DNA from: Candidatus Firestoneibacteriota bacterium
GTDB taxonomy: Bacteria > Oederibacteriota > D2-FULL-39-29 > JBBTED01
Assembly: GCA_038042445.1 (NCBI GenBank)
Contig: JBBTED010000002.1
Coordinates: 14,783-78,782 of the forward strand
Direction: 5' to 3'
DNA: 64,000 bases
Below, piece after piece: positions 18,059 to 28,081 of this stretch (position 1 is its first letter; every line of letters begins with the position of its first letter). The translations under genes and the position numbers were made by a program. The notes under the pieces are model-generated. The model searched no databases. It was not told where the DNA came from and worked only from the letters and a program-made list of their open reading frames with translations.

Positions 18059-19125
18059 AGTTTTTTAAATGCCTGAGCAAATTTTTCGTTCTGCTCAAAA
18101 GTACCAATAGTAATTCTAATTGTGGTTTCACCAATTTCTCTTATAATAATACCTTCCTGAAGCAATCTATTTGCAATCTCTTTTGCATTTCTTTTTAAAT
18201 CTACAAAAATAAAATTTGCGGATGTTGGAACAAATTCAATATTTAACTCCTTAAATAAAGTATAAAGGTATTGTTTGCCTTCAGAATTAACCTTTATACT
18301 TTCAGCAATATGTTTACCATCTTTAAGTGCAGATAATGCAGCAACCTGTGCTAATGAATTAACATTAAAAGGCTGTCTTACTTTATTCAAAACCTCAATA
18401 ATTTCAGGTTTAGCAATTGCATATCCAACTCTTAAACCTGCCAACCCGTATATTTTAGAAAAAGTTCTCAGAATTATTACATTTTTCCCTTCTTCAACAT
18501 ACTTTAATGAATCAGGATAATCCTCTCTATCCACATATTCTGCATAAGCTTCATCAAAAACAACTATTGTGTTATCTGAAATTTTTGCCAATAATTCATC
18601 TGTCTCTTTTTGAGTAACCATTGTGCCTGTAGGATTATTTGGATTTGCAATAAAAATCATTTTAATATTTTTATCCAAATGACTTATAAAACTTTGAATA
18701 TCATAAGAATTGTTTTTCATAGGCACTTTAATCAAATTAGCATCCATTAATTGTGCAACCATTTCATATACAACAAATGTAAGTTCTGAAGTTAAAACTA
18801 TATCACTCTTATTCAAAAATGCCTCTGCAGCTAATACTATAAGTTCATTGGAACCATTACCAATTGCAAAATGATCCTGTGATACACCAATTTTTTTTGA
18901 AAGAGATAGTTTAAGTTCAAAGGCATTTCCTTCTGGATAACGATTGATATCTTGCAACACTTTTCGTATAGCATTTAGTGCCTTTGACGATGGACCAAGT
19001 GGATTCTCATTAGACGCTAATTTAATAACATCCTCTAAACCAAGCTCTCTTTTTACTTCGTCAATTGGCTTGCCCGGGATATACGGTTTAATTTTAACAA
19101 TATTTTCTTTAGCAAGATTAAACAT
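18052..19125 (-). CDS. hisC: Histidinol-phosphate transaminase
   Basis: KLASNENP, NPNNPTG, DEAY, RTFSKIYGLAGLRVGY. Confidence 0.94.
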   Translation of the reverse strand: MFNLAKENIVKIKPYIPGKPIDEVKRELGLEDVIKLASNENPLGPSSKALNAIRKVLQDINRYPEGNAFELKLSLSKKIGVSQDHFAIGNGSNELIVLAAEAFLNKSDIVLTSELTFVVYEMVAQLMDANLIKVPMKNNSYDIQSFISHLDKNIKMIFIANPNNPTGTMVTQKETDELLAKISDNTIVVFDEAYAEYVDREDYPDSLKYVEEGKNVIILRTFSKIYGLAGLRVGYAIAKPEIIEVLNKVRQPFNVNSLAQVAALSALKDGKHIAESIKVNSEGKQYLYTLFKELNIEFVPTSANFIFVDLKRNAKEIANRLLQEGIIIREIGETTIRITIGTFEQNEKFAQAFKKLW

Positions 19126-19146
19126 ATTTTTTACTCCTTACATAAT

Positions 19147-20208
19147 TTATTCACTTACAGGATAAGAACCTAATATTTTTAAAAATATACATTTTTTTTC
19201 AAGTTCTTTCAATGCTAATTTTACATTTTGATCTTCAATATGTCCTAAAAAATCAATAAAGAAATAATACTCCCAGACTCTTTTTCGTGAAGGTCTGGAC
19301 TCAATATTAGTCAGATTAATTTTGTATTTTTCAAAAGGAACAAGCATTGAATGCAATGCACCAACTTTATCCTTTACCGAAAACATTATAGAAGTTTTAT
19401 CTTTTCTGCTCTTTTTAGTATAATTCATACTAACAACTAAAAATCTTGTAAAATTATCAGAAATATCCTCTATGCCTTTTGCAAGAATATTTAAATTGTA
19501 AATTTTAGCAGCTAAAGCAGAAGCAATTGCTGCTCCCTTTGAGTCCTTTAGAGTCATTTTTGCAGCTTCTGCAGTTGTAGAAACTTCAACTAATTCAATA
19601 TTAGGCAAATTATTATCTAACCATCTTCTTGATTGAGAAAAAGATTGGGAATTCCCATACACTTTTTTTATTTCCTTAATTGATTTTGCAGTACTTAATA
19701 AATTATGTGAAATTTTAAGCATTATTTCAGAACATATTTTTAATTCAGAATCCACAAATATATCCAGCGTATAATTTACAACACCTTCTGTAGAATTTTC
19801 TATTGGAACAACTCCATAATCACATCTTTTTCTCTCAACTTCTATAAATATGTCTGATAAAGAAGAAATTGGTATATATTTAACTGATGAACCAAATCTC
19901 ATCATTGCAGCAAGATGAGTATAAGTAGCTTCAGGTCCCCAGTATGCAATTTTTAAAGGTCTACCTACTGAACGTGACGCTGAAATTATCTCCTTGAATA
20001 TTGAAATTACTGATTCATTAGGAAACGGTCCTTTATTCATTTTACTTAATTTTTCAAATATTGTTTTTTCTCTTTGTGGAGAATAATAACTTTCTTTATT
20101 CTGTTCTTTTACCTTGTTAATTTTAAGTGCTACTTTAGCACGTTCATTTAATAATTTTAAAATTTCTGAATCCATACTGTCTATTTTTTTTCTTAATTTA
20201 TCAATCAT
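19147..20208 (-). CDS. pheA: Chorismate mutase/prephenate dehydratase (P-protein)
   Basis: N-terminal AroQ domain (LRKKID), VPIENSTEG, TRF, IESRP ACT domain. Confidence 0.96.
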   Translation of the reverse strand: MIDKLRKKIDSMDSEILKLLNERAKVALKINKVKEQNKESYYSPQREKTIFEKLSKMNKGPFPNESVISIFKEIISASRSVGRPLKIAYWGPEATYTHLAAMMRFGSSVKYIPISSLSDIFIEVERKRCDYGVVPIENSTEGVVNYTLDIFVDSELKICSEIMLKISHNLLSTAKSIKEIKKVYGNSQSFSQSRRWLDNNLPNIELVEVSTTAEAAKMTLKDSKGAAIASALAAKIYNLNILAKGIEDISDNFTRFLVVSMNYTKKSRKDKTSIMFSVKDKVGALHSMLVPFEKYKINLTNIESRPSRKRVWEYYFFIDFLGHIEDQNVKLALKELEKKCIFLKILGSYPVSE

Positions 20209-20223
20209 TTTTCATCACCATTA

Positions 20224-20274
20224 ATAGGGGCAGGTTTACCTGCCCGTTTATTGGGCGAGTAAACTCGCCCCTAC
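20224..20274. repeat. GTAG-type REP doublet (family D, GTAGGGGCGAGTTTACTCGCCC)
   Basis: ataggggcaggtttacctgccc ... gggcgagtaaactcgcccctac; near copy at 24072-24122. Confidence 0.85.
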
Positions 20275-20299
20275 CCCTACAAATACAATTTATTAATTC

Positions 20300-21088
20300 C
20301 TATCTCGTATCTGTAACTTGAATTACTTCAGTAAAAAAAGAATCTCCTAGTCTTTGATCTGTTCCACGTAATCGTTTAGACAAAGTTTTTACAAAAACCC
20401 ATAATACCTTATTTGTAAGTATTGCATCAGATTGCATAAGTTTAATGAAATCATCTCTATAAACTGCAAGCAAAGTACTTGGCCTATTGGCTACAGCAGT
20501 TGCAGAACGCGGCGCATTATCAATAAGTGCCATTTCTCCAAAAATTTCACCTTCACGAATTAATGCAAGTGTCTCAACACGCCCATCTCTAAAAGTCTTG
20601 GTGATTTTTATCGCACCTGAAACAACAATATATAATGCATTTCCAAGAAAACCTTCAGTAAATATCAATTTTCCTTCAGGGTAATTTTCTTGTTTGCTAA
20701 GCAATATAATTTGCTTTAACTCTTCATCAGTAAGTGATCTAAAAGGTTGTATTCCTTTAAGAAAATAAATCTTTCTTACAAAAGTATCAATTTTATCTTT
20801 ATCTGCATCATTAACAGGATTAAACTCCAGTGCTATTATATTAGCATCCACTTCAACTCTGCATACTACACCTACCAATTCTCCAAAAACAAACCCATCA
20901 TAAATTGTAAAAGCAAGAGATGCTTTTGTATTCATTTCAATTTTCTTATCACAATTTATTGCAATTCCACTTGCACTAATATTTACAATTTTGCCTTCGA
21001 TTTGTTCTTTAGTATCAATCATTAATATTTTTACAGGACCTTCAATTTTGATTCTCTTGTATTTCCTGCGTTCCTGTTGTAACATCAT
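20300..21088 (-). CDS. PilZ domain plus cyclic-nucleotide-binding domain protein
   Basis: PilZ motifs ERRKYKR and NISASG; cNMP pocket FGEMALIDNAPRSATAVA; no HTH; SD GGAGG 8 nt before the ATG at 21088. Confidence 0.85.
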   Translation of the reverse strand: MMLQQERRKYKRIKIEGPVKILMIDTKEQIEGKIVNISASGIAINCDKKIEMNTKASLAFTIYDGFVFGELVGVVCRVEVDANIIALEFNPVNDADKDKIDTFVRKIYFLKGIQPFRSLTDEELKQIILLSKQENYPEGKLIFTEGFLGNALYIVVSGAIKITKTFRDGRVETLALIREGEIFGEMALIDNAPRSATAVANRPSTLLAVYRDDFIKLMQSDAILTNKVLWVFVKTLSKRLRGTDQRLGDSFFTEVIQVTDTR

Positions 21089-21632
21089 TTTTATTTCCTC
21101 CTGCCAGAACATCAGATAATTCTTCAATTCTGGGCAATTCTGTCAAATCTTTTAAACCGAAATATTGTAGAAATTCATTTGTTGTTCCATATAATAATGG
21201 CCTTCCAAGCCCCTCTTTCCTACCACGTATTTTTATTAAATTGCGCTCAAGCAAAGTCTGAAGCACTCCACCTACATTTACTCCACGCACACCCTCTATT
21301 TCAAGACGAGTTATTGGCTGTCTGTATGCAATTATTGATAATGTCTCAAGCGCCGGTTTTGAAAGACGCGGAATAATCTTGGATTTATAGAGTTTTTTTA
21401 TCCAATCTGCATATTCAGAAATCGTAGAAACAATATATCCTTGTCCAATTTCCTGAATACGAAAGCTACGATTCTCTTTTGAATATTCCGCATTAAGTTC
21501 CTCTATTAAACCAATTATATCCTTCTTATTAACATCATCTTTTAAAATTTCCAGCATTTTTTCAGCAGACAATGGCTTATCGCTTACAAACAATAATGCC
21601 TCAATTACACCCTTTACTTTAATCATTTCCAT
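21042..21632 (-). CDS. scpB: SMC-Scp complex subunit ScpB
   Basis: IEALLF, LSKPALETLSIIAYRQPITR, GRPLLYGTT..FL.YFGL. Confidence 0.96.
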   Translation of the reverse strand: MEMIKVKGVIEALLFVSDKPLSAEKMLEILKDDVNKKDIIGLIEELNAEYSKENRSFRIQEIGQGYIVSTISEYADWIKKLYKSKIIPRLSKPALETLSIIAYRQPITRLEIEGVRGVNVGGVLQTLLERNLIKIRGRKEGLGRPLLYGTTNEFLQYFGLKDLTELPRIEELSDVLAGGNKNDVTTGTQEIQENQN

Positions 21633-21638
21633 AATTTT

Positions 21639-22337
21639 TTACTCTGTCCTAATAATTTGTATATCAGCAAAATTTTTAGACTGATATGCTTTTATTAATT
21701 TTAGCCTTACTAGTTCCAATACAGCAAGAAAAGTTGCAATTATATGCAATTTATTCATAGTTTTATCAAATAATTCTGAAAAATTAATGTTTTTTGTAAT
21801 TTCTAATTTATCAAGTATTTCATTAATCTTTTGTGTAACTTTTATCTCTTCTCTCGTTATTTTAAGAACTTCTTCTTTCGGCAAATAGGCAATTATACCC
21901 TGAAATGCTTTTAATAAATCAAATAAGGTGACTTCTACAAATTCTTCATCTCCATCTTTAACCTCATCAGGAATAAATCTATAAAAAACATCTCTTTGCT
22001 TATTTTCTAATTCTGAAAAATTAGAAGCTGCTTCTTTAAATTTTTGGTATTCAAGAAGTCTTCGAACAAGTTCTGCACGTGGATCTATTTCTTCACCTTC
22101 TTGGGTTTTCTCAACAGGCAAAAGCATTTTGGATTTTATATGTATAAGAGTAGCAGCCATTACTATAAATTCACCTGCAATATTCAAATCTAATATTTCC
22201 ATCATTTGGATGTATTTTAAGTATTCTTCTGTTATCTTAGCAACTGGAATATCATAAATATTTACTTCATTCTCTTTTATAAGATGAAGCAAAAGGTCAA
22301 ATGGGCCTTCAAATGCCGGTAATTTTACATTATACAT
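21639..22337 (-). CDS. scpA: Segregation and condensation protein ScpA
   Basis: FEGPFDLLLHLI, IKSKMLLP, DPRAELVRRLLEY, FLAVLEL. Confidence 0.96.
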   Translation of the reverse strand: MYNVKLPAFEGPFDLLLHLIKENEVNIYDIPVAKITEEYLKYIQMMEILDLNIAGEFIVMAATLIHIKSKMLLPVEKTQEGEEIDPRAELVRRLLEYQKFKEAASNFSELENKQRDVFYRFIPDEVKDGDEEFVEVTLFDLLKAFQGIIAYLPKEEVLKITREEIKVTQKINEILDKLEITKNINFSELFDKTMNKLHIIATFLAVLELVRLKLIKAYQSKNFADIQIIRTE

Positions 22338-22341
22338 AATT

Positions 22342-23337
22342 TTATCTTAAACCTATTGCCTGTCGCACTTGGGTTAAAGTGCTTTGTGCAATATCTTTGG
22401 CTTTTTTAGAACCGTTTTCCAGAATTTCATAAATATTATTTTCATTTTGTAATAATTTTGTTCGTTTTTCCCTTATTGGCTCTAATACAGTATTTAGTTC
22501 CTTTCCCAAACTTTCTTTGCATATTGTACAACCCAATTTGCCACTCTTGCAATCTAAAGAAATTTGCTGAGTATTGTCAGAATTGTAAATCCCCTGATAT
22601 AAAAATACTGGACATCCATCCGGATGACCAATATCATCTCTTTTTATTTTCTTTGGATCAGTAAACATACTTTTTACTTTTTTAAGTGTCCCTTCTTCTG
22701 TATCTGAAAGGTAAATAGAATTATTATAGCTTTTACTCATTTTTCTTCCATCTATTCCTGGAAGTTTTGAAACTTCTGCTAACAAAGGCTCTGGTTCCGG
22801 AAATATTTTCCCATAGAAATTATTAAATCTTCTACAGATTTCCCGTGACAATTCAAGATGAGGTATCTGATCCTGGCCAACTGGAACTTTTTGTGCTTTA
22901 TAAATTATTATATCAGCAGTTTGAAGTACAGGATAACCCAAAAACCCATGAGTTGAAAGATCTTTATCTTTTATTTCTGATATCTGTTCTTTATAAGTAG
23001 GACATCTTTCAAGCCATGAAACAGGTGTCAACATTGACAATAACAAATACAACTCTGCATGTTCTATAACATCTGATTGTCTGAATATAACACTTTTTTC
23101 AGGTGACAATCCACAAGCGAGCCAATCTACTACCATTTGGAATGAATCTTCTTTTATTCTACTTGTATCCGCATATTCTGTAGTTAAAGCATGCCAGTCA
23201 GCAACCATATAAAAACATTCGTATGTATCCTGTAAAGACGCCCACATTTTCAAAGCGCCTTCAAAATGCCCTATATGAAGTTTACCAGATGGCCTCATAC
23301 CTGAAAAAACTCTTTGTTTGTTTGTAGATTTATTCAA
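22342..23337 (-). CDS. trpS: Tryptophan--tRNA ligase
   Basis: SGMRPSGKLHIGH, VPVGQDQ, KMSKS. Confidence 0.97.
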   Translation of the reverse strand: MNKSTNKQRVFSGMRPSGKLHIGHFEGALKMWASLQDTYECFYMVADWHALTTEYADTSRIKEDSFQMVVDWLACGLSPEKSVIFRQSDVIEHAELYLLLSMLTPVSWLERCPTYKEQISEIKDKDLSTHGFLGYPVLQTADIIIYKAQKVPVGQDQIPHLELSREICRRFNNFYGKIFPEPEPLLAEVSKLPGIDGRKMSKSYNNSIYLSDTEEGTLKKVKSMFTDPKKIKRDDIGHPDGCPVFLYQGIYNSDNTQQISLDCKSGKLGCTICKESLGKELNTVLEPIREKRTKLLQNENNIYEILENGSKKAKDIAQSTLTQVRQAIGLR

Positions 23338-23999
23338 GAAAAAAACCCTCCAAATAGTCCTAAAAATAATGCCTTACCCATAAACAATTGTGTCAAAAAA
23401 AATAGAGGAGCACCCATTATTACACCAACAGCACCTGTCATAATTAAAAGTATTAATATTATGAAACCATACGGCTCTATTCTTGACATCCACAAAGTCT
23501 TGTTATAAGGCAAAAGCCCCATTAGAATTTTTGAGCCATCCAAAGGTGGTATAGGTATTATGTTAAACATTGCAAGAGCACAATTTATCATAACACTAAA
23601 TCCCAAAATTGAAATAAAGGGTGTAAATATCTGTGGAGGAATAGAATAATTTACCATAAACAAAATTCTTGCAAAAATAGCACTTATAACTGCAACTATA
23701 ATATTAGCAGCTGGCCCTGCTATTGACACAAACACCATATCTCTTTTTGGATTTCTTAAATTGTTAAAATTTACAGGCACAGGTTTCGCCCAGCCAAAAT
23801 GCACTAAAAGAAGCATAATTGCTCCAATTGGATCAAGATGTGCAAGTGGATTCAATGTTAATCTCCCCATCATCTTTGCTGTTGGATCTCCACATCTATT
23901 TGCAACCCATCCATGTGCATATTCATGTATAGTAATTGCCAACAAAATAGCTGGAAGAGTAACTGTTAATTCAATAATTTTCGCTGCAAGTTTTTCCAT
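23334..23999 (-). CDS. Site-2 protease family (M50) metalloprotease
   Basis: HEYAH motif and FNIIPIPPLDG. Confidence 0.93.
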   Translation of the reverse strand: MEKLAAKIIELTVTLPAILLAITIHEYAHGWVANRCGDPTAKMMGRLTLNPLAHLDPIGAIMLLLVHFGWAKPVPVNFNNLRNPKRDMVFVSIAGPAANIIVAVISAIFARILFMVNYSIPPQIFTPFISILGFSVMINCALAMFNIIPIPPLDGSKILMGLLPYNKTLWMSRIEPYGFIILILLIMTGAVGVIMGAPLFFLTQLFMGKALFLGLFGGFFS

Positions 24000-24020
24000 A
24001 ATTTTTTAACTATAAAATAC

Positions 24021-24049
24021 ATATTAAGACAAAATTACGCTTATGTCAA
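24021..24049 (-). promoter_or_regulatory. Putative sigma70 promoter of the M50-trpS-scpAB operon
   Basis: Minus strand TTGACA-N17-TAATAT. Confidence 0.55.
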
Positions 24050-24071
24050 TTGCAATTCAGGTGAAGTTGAA

Positions 24072-24122
24072 GTAAAAGCAGATTTACCTGCCCATTTATT
24101 GGGCGAGTAAACTCGCCCCTAC
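24072..24122. repeat. GTAG-type REP doublet family D
   Basis: gtaaaagcagatttacctgcccatttattgggcgagtaaactcgcccctac. Confidence 0.8.
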
Positions 24123-24136
24123 TGTCTAAATTATTA

Positions 24137-25207
24137 TTACCACTTATTGCGCTTAAATAAAAGATCGAGTTCATAAGAAGTAAAGGGGCTCTCAACAGAA
24201 CTTTTATTCCAATCAGTTTCATACATTTTTGTCAATTCTGATACTATTTTATTATCAATAATCAACACATTGCATTCATGATTTACTTCAAAACCCTGAT
24301 AACTCCAGTTTGAACTTCCTAAAACAGCGATATAATTATCAAAAATTCCAAGTTTCATATGTAATTTCTGTTCAATATCCATATTTACAGGATACCATTT
24401 TGTTGATACTCCAGCAGCTCTTAATTTATCAGATGTACCATAATTTAGCTCCTGAGCAGGTTCCAAAATTGCCCTGACTTTTATTTTTTCCTTTTTATCC
24501 TGTCCTTTTATTAATAATTCAGTAACATCCTTATTTGTCAATATGAACATTTCAATATCAATTGATTTTTTCAATAAAGTTATATGTTTTATTATTTCTT
24601 TCCCTATATCTGAATCCGTTAGAACCTGAACTACACCTGTTGCATTTTTGTTTGATATTTCTGTATTTTTAACCTGTGTTTTTATTTTTTTCCCCCCGAT
24701 TTTAGAATAGTCCCAGTCATCATGGAAAACTGTTTCAAGAATTTTAACTGCAGGCCCTTTTATTGTAACAGCAATATCATGATTTACAGGTGAATGCAAC
24801 CCAAGATTAGCTCCACCAACTACAGCAATTAAACCATCAATTATTATCAACTTAATATGATTTATTCCCCTTTTATTATATGGATAATACCTGACTGCAA
24901 CTCCACTGCCATTAAGAAAATTTTTGATATCTCCATTTCTTTCAACTTTTTGTTCCAGAATTATCTTGATATCAACTCCTTTTTTCTTTTTCTCAATTAT
25001 CTCTTTTGCAATATCCTGATTTGTAAATTCATACATCTCAATATAAATATACGAATTTGCACCTCTTATTAAATCTGTTACTTTTGAATGTATTTTTTCA
25101 TCTACAAAAAGAGAAAGTTCGTTTCCGCTTATTAAACCACTGTTATAGGAAAAAGATTGGCAGGAAAATAAAAATACGAAAATAAGATTAAGTAGCCAGA
25201 TTATCAT
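24137..25207 (-). CDS. Exported phospholipase D family protein (two HKD motifs)
   Basis: HIKLIIID and HMKLGIFD...GSSN; hydrophobic N-terminus ending in LFSC. Confidence 0.88.
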   Translation of the reverse strand: MIIWLLNLIFVFLFSCQSFSYNSGLISGNELSLFVDEKIHSKVTDLIRGANSYIYIEMYEFTNQDIAKEIIEKKKKGVDIKIILEQKVERNGDIKNFLNGSGVAVRYYPYNKRGINHIKLIIIDGLIAVVGGANLGLHSPVNHDIAVTIKGPAVKILETVFHDDWDYSKIGGKKIKTQVKNTEISNKNATGVVQVLTDSDIGKEIIKHITLLKKSIDIEMFILTNKDVTELLIKGQDKKEKIKVRAILEPAQELNYGTSDKLRAAGVSTKWYPVNMDIEQKLHMKLGIFDNYIAVLGSSNWSYQGFEVNHECNVLIIDNKIVSELTKMYETDWNKSSVESPFTSYELDLLFKRNKW

Positions 25208-25782
25208 TGGACAAATTTGTTTAAATCTTCAGTTAACTTTGCAAGAGGAAGCCCTACTACATTAAAATAACAACCATTTATTTTTTTCACAAAAACAGCA
25301 CCTTTACCCTGAATTCCATAAGCACCAGCTTTATCCATAGGTTCTTTTGTTTTAACATAATCTATTATTTCCTGTTTGCCTAACTCTTTAAAAGTAACAA
25401 GTGTAGCAACTGAATCTATTAACTTTCTTCCAGTTTTAGCATCTACAATAGCAAAACCTGTTATTACTTTATGAATTTTTCCACTTAATTTTCCAAGAAT
25501 AGATACTGCATCTTTAAAACTTTTGGGCTTACCCAATATTTTACCTTTTAGTACTACAATTGTATCTACTCCTATAATTATTCCTGTATCAAATTTTTTT
25601 GCTACATCTAAAGCTTTGGCAAGAGCAATGTTTTTTGCAATTTTATTGTAATCACACAAATAAGCTAATTTTCTAAAAACATATTTTTCGTTAATTGCAC
25701 TTGGGATAGATTTAAATGATATTCCAATTTGCTTTAGAAGTTTTATTCTGCGCAAAGATGCAGATGCCAGAATATACTTCAT
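25204..25782 (-). CDS. maf: Maf family nucleotide pyrophosphatase (YhdE-like)
   Basis: ILASASLRR, GKP, DKAGAYGIQG, NVVGLP. Confidence 0.95.
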   Translation of the reverse strand: MKYILASASLRRIKLLKQIGISFKSIPSAINEKYVFRKLAYLCDYNKIAKNIALAKALDVAKKFDTGIIIGVDTIVVLKGKILGKPKSFKDAVSILGKLSGKIHKVITGFAIVDAKTGRKLIDSVATLVTFKELGKQEIIDYVKTKEPMDKAGAYGIQGKGAVFVKKINGCYFNVVGLPLAKLTEDLNKFVQ

Positions 25783-26051
25783 ATTTTTCTTATCAATAAC
25801 CCACCAACTAAAATCCCTATAACACTACAAACATTTAATTTGATTGTAAAACCTAATGTTATAGTAAGAACAATAAGGTCAAGTGTAGGTGCAGGATTTA
25901 AACCTGGGCCTATAGACTTTATAAAAAAATCACGTATTGGACCTTGTGGAGTAATCGCACCTATAGCTTCTCCCAAAACTGTGCCAAATAAAGCACCAAT
26001 TACTAAAATAATAACATACACCCAAATCCCCCTACTTTCTCCTTTTGCCAT
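25779..26051 (-). CDS. DUF4321-like small membrane protein
   Basis: Hydrophobic; LDLIVLTITLGFTIKLN signature; typical position upstream of maf. Confidence 0.75.
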   Translation of the reverse strand: MAKGESRGIWVYVIILVIGALFGTVLGEAIGAITPQGPIRDFFIKSIGPGLNPAPTLDLIVLTITLGFTIKLNVCSVIGILVGGLLIRKI

Positions 26052-26091
26052 TTGAACACCCCCTATTATATTTTGCAATTTGTATTTATTA

Positions 26092-26781
26092 TTATGATCC
26101 TACTACTGTTCGCGAATTTTGTTTAAATAAAATATTTTGTAATGCACTTAAATTATCTTTAGATACAAGCGCAATAACTGTATCACCAGCATTAAGCACT
26201 GTATTACCACGGGGAATTACAACATCCTCCTGCCCCTGTCGTATAACTGAAATTATAATACATTCAGAAGGAAGTGTTACATCAATAAGTTGCTTACCTG
26301 CTAAAGGTGAATTTTTGGTTAACTCTGCCTGAATTATTTCTACTTTTCCTCCTTTGAGAGCTAACAAAGGTGTAATCATACTTGTATCCATTTTCTGCTC
26401 TATCAACATATCTATAATACGCGTGCTGCTAACAGTTGAATCTATTCCTAAACCAGCAAAAACATCTTCATTCTGCGGATCATTCACAAGAGCAATTGTC
26501 TTTGGATTAATAAACATTATTTTAACCATCTGACATATCACCAAATTTTCTTCATCCTGACCAGTAGTAGCAACAAGAACATCGGCTCTATTTGCACCTG
26601 CTATTTTTAAAATATCCACATCTATAGCATCCCCTAATATTAATATCTCACCCAATTCATCCACTAATTTTGTATATCTCTCTTTGTTTTTTTCTATTAC
26701 AGCAACTTCATGGCCTTTATTCATCAATAATTTAGTCAAATTATAACCAACTTTACCTGCACCTACAATAATCATATACAT
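26092..26781 (-). CDS. trkA: TrkA family potassium-uptake regulatory protein (RCK_N + RCK_C)
   Basis: IIVGAGKVG, GDA, DEENL, C-terminal IPRGNTVLNAGD. Confidence 0.88.
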   Translation of the reverse strand: MYMIIVGAGKVGYNLTKLLMNKGHEVAVIEKNKERYTKLVDELGEILILGDAIDVDILKIAGANRADVLVATTGQDEENLVICQMVKIMFINPKTIALVNDPQNEDVFAGLGIDSTVSSTRIIDMLIEQKMDTSMITPLLALKGGKVEIIQAELTKNSPLAGKQLIDVTLPSECIIISVIRQGQEDVVIPRGNTVLNAGDTVIALVSKDNLSALQNILFKQNSRTVVGS

Positions 26782-26799
26782 ATAATATTTTAGCCTCCC

Positions 26800-27204
26800 T
26801 TAAGATTTCTTTGTAAGCATTTTATGAATTGATTTTACACTTACAGTAGTAGGGCAATATGTTTCAATATCTAAATCCTGAAATACCTGAGCTCTCACAG
26901 GATCCTCTATCCTAACAATTACCCTTGGCACATTAAATAACCTCTTTGCAATCTGTGCAGACATAATATTTATATTATCATTATTTGTAACTGCAATAAA
27001 AACTTCTGCTTTTTCAATACCTGTTTGCTTCAAAAACATCCTATCTATTCCAAGCCCGGAAAATGTCTTACCTTTAAAATCTTCTCCAAGTTGTTTAAAT
27101 GCTTCTATATCTCTATCTATAATAATAACTTCATTTCCTTCCTTTGATAATACTTGTGACAATCTTGTTCCAACTTTTCCACAACCTAATATCATTATTT
27201 TCAC
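26800..27204 (-). CDS. TrkA family protein (RCK_N only)
   Basis: ILGCGKVG, AVTNNDNINI; GTG start with SD GGAGG. Confidence 0.88.
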   Translation of the reverse strand: MKIMILGCGKVGTRLSQVLSKEGNEVIIIDRDIEAFKQLGEDFKGKTFSGLGIDRMFLKQTGIEKAEVFIAVTNNDNINIMSAQIAKRLFNVPRVIVRIEDPVRAQVFQDLDIETYCPTTVSVKSIHKMLTKKS

Positions 27205-27222
27205 CTAAAAATCCTCCTAAAT

Positions 27223-27280
27223 TGTCATGCCGAACTTGTTTCGGCATCTCATTAGACCCTGAAACAAGTTCAGGGTGACA
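27223..27280. repeat. TGTCAT...TGACA double-hairpin palindromic repeat (family E), free-standing
   Basis: tgtcatgccgaacttgtttcggcatct...agaccctgaaacaagttcagggtgaca; same as the core of the 131-bp MITEs but without TIRs. Confidence 0.85.
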
Positions 27281-27317
27281 TTCAAACCATATATTTGACA
27301 TAAATGTTTCATATAAT

Positions 27318-27881
27318 TTATCCCTCTTCTATTTTATCAATAATAACCTCGCAGGGTGCTCTACGCAAAATAGTTTCTGTAGTTACACCCAAAACACTAT
27401 GAGCAAATCTATGCTTTGATTTAATTCCAAGCACAATTAAGTCTATATCATTTATTTTGACCAAATCAATTATTTCTTCAGCAGCAACTCTTGCCCTATC
27501 AATTTTAATTATAGGATTTAATCCACGAAGAGTAACTATATCCTCTGCGCGTTTTAAAGCATCTTTGGCTTTTAATTCTGCCTGTGGCAAAGGAGCTTCA
27601 AGAGGAAGAGTCCTTGGCACTTCAAGTATATATGCAAGCCATATTTCTGCTTTTTGCTCAATTCCAAGCCTACATGCTAATTCCACCCCACGTTCAGAAT
27701 AAGGCAGCCCAACTGTTGGCACAAGTATTTTTTTAAGTGACCCAATTCCACGTCTTGCCTTAGCAGCAGCAGCAGGAATAAGCGGAGGAACATTAAGCAT
27801 CCACCACAAAAGACTTCCCATAGCTATTGTAAAAACTACCGTTAATATAATACCTTCTGTATGAACAATAACAGTATTCAT
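27318..27881 (-). CDS. Universal stress protein with N-terminal TM anchor
   Basis: KKILVP, DLIVLG, LGVTTETILRRAPCEVII. Confidence 0.88.
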   Translation of the reverse strand: MNTVIVHTEGIILTVVFTIAMGSLLWWMLNVPPLIPAAAAKARRGIGSLKKILVPTVGLPYSERGVELACRLGIEQKAEIWLAYILEVPRTLPLEAPLPQAELKAKDALKRAEDIVTLRGLNPIIKIDRARVAAEEIIDLVKINDIDLIVLGIKSKHRFAHSVLGVTTETILRRAPCEVIIDKIEEG

Positions 27882-28081
27882 TTTTGTAATTTTTGTGATT
27901 TTAAATATTTAAAAATAAAGTTCGCTCTATAAATTCCAAAACCTATAAAAAGCATACCAACTATAGGTACAAGTATAGATGTATTAACTTTAGAAGCTCT
28001 GTATATTATTATAGCACCCAATGGTATCATTATAAAAGTATTTATTATTTTAAATCTTTCTGAAAATTTATTTAGCTTCAT
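27878..28081 (-). CDS. Small two-TM membrane protein
   Basis: Two hydrophobic segments; overlaps both neighbours; SD-like GAGGG upstream. Confidence 0.6.
   Translation of the reverse strand: MKLNKFSERFKIINTFIMIPLGAIIIYRASKVNTSILVPIVGMLFIGFGIYRANFIFKYLKSQKLQK

Noticed and set aside
24137..25207. PLD-based anti-phage defence system
   Set aside because: Exported protein in a housekeeping context, without helicase, methylase or other defence partners.
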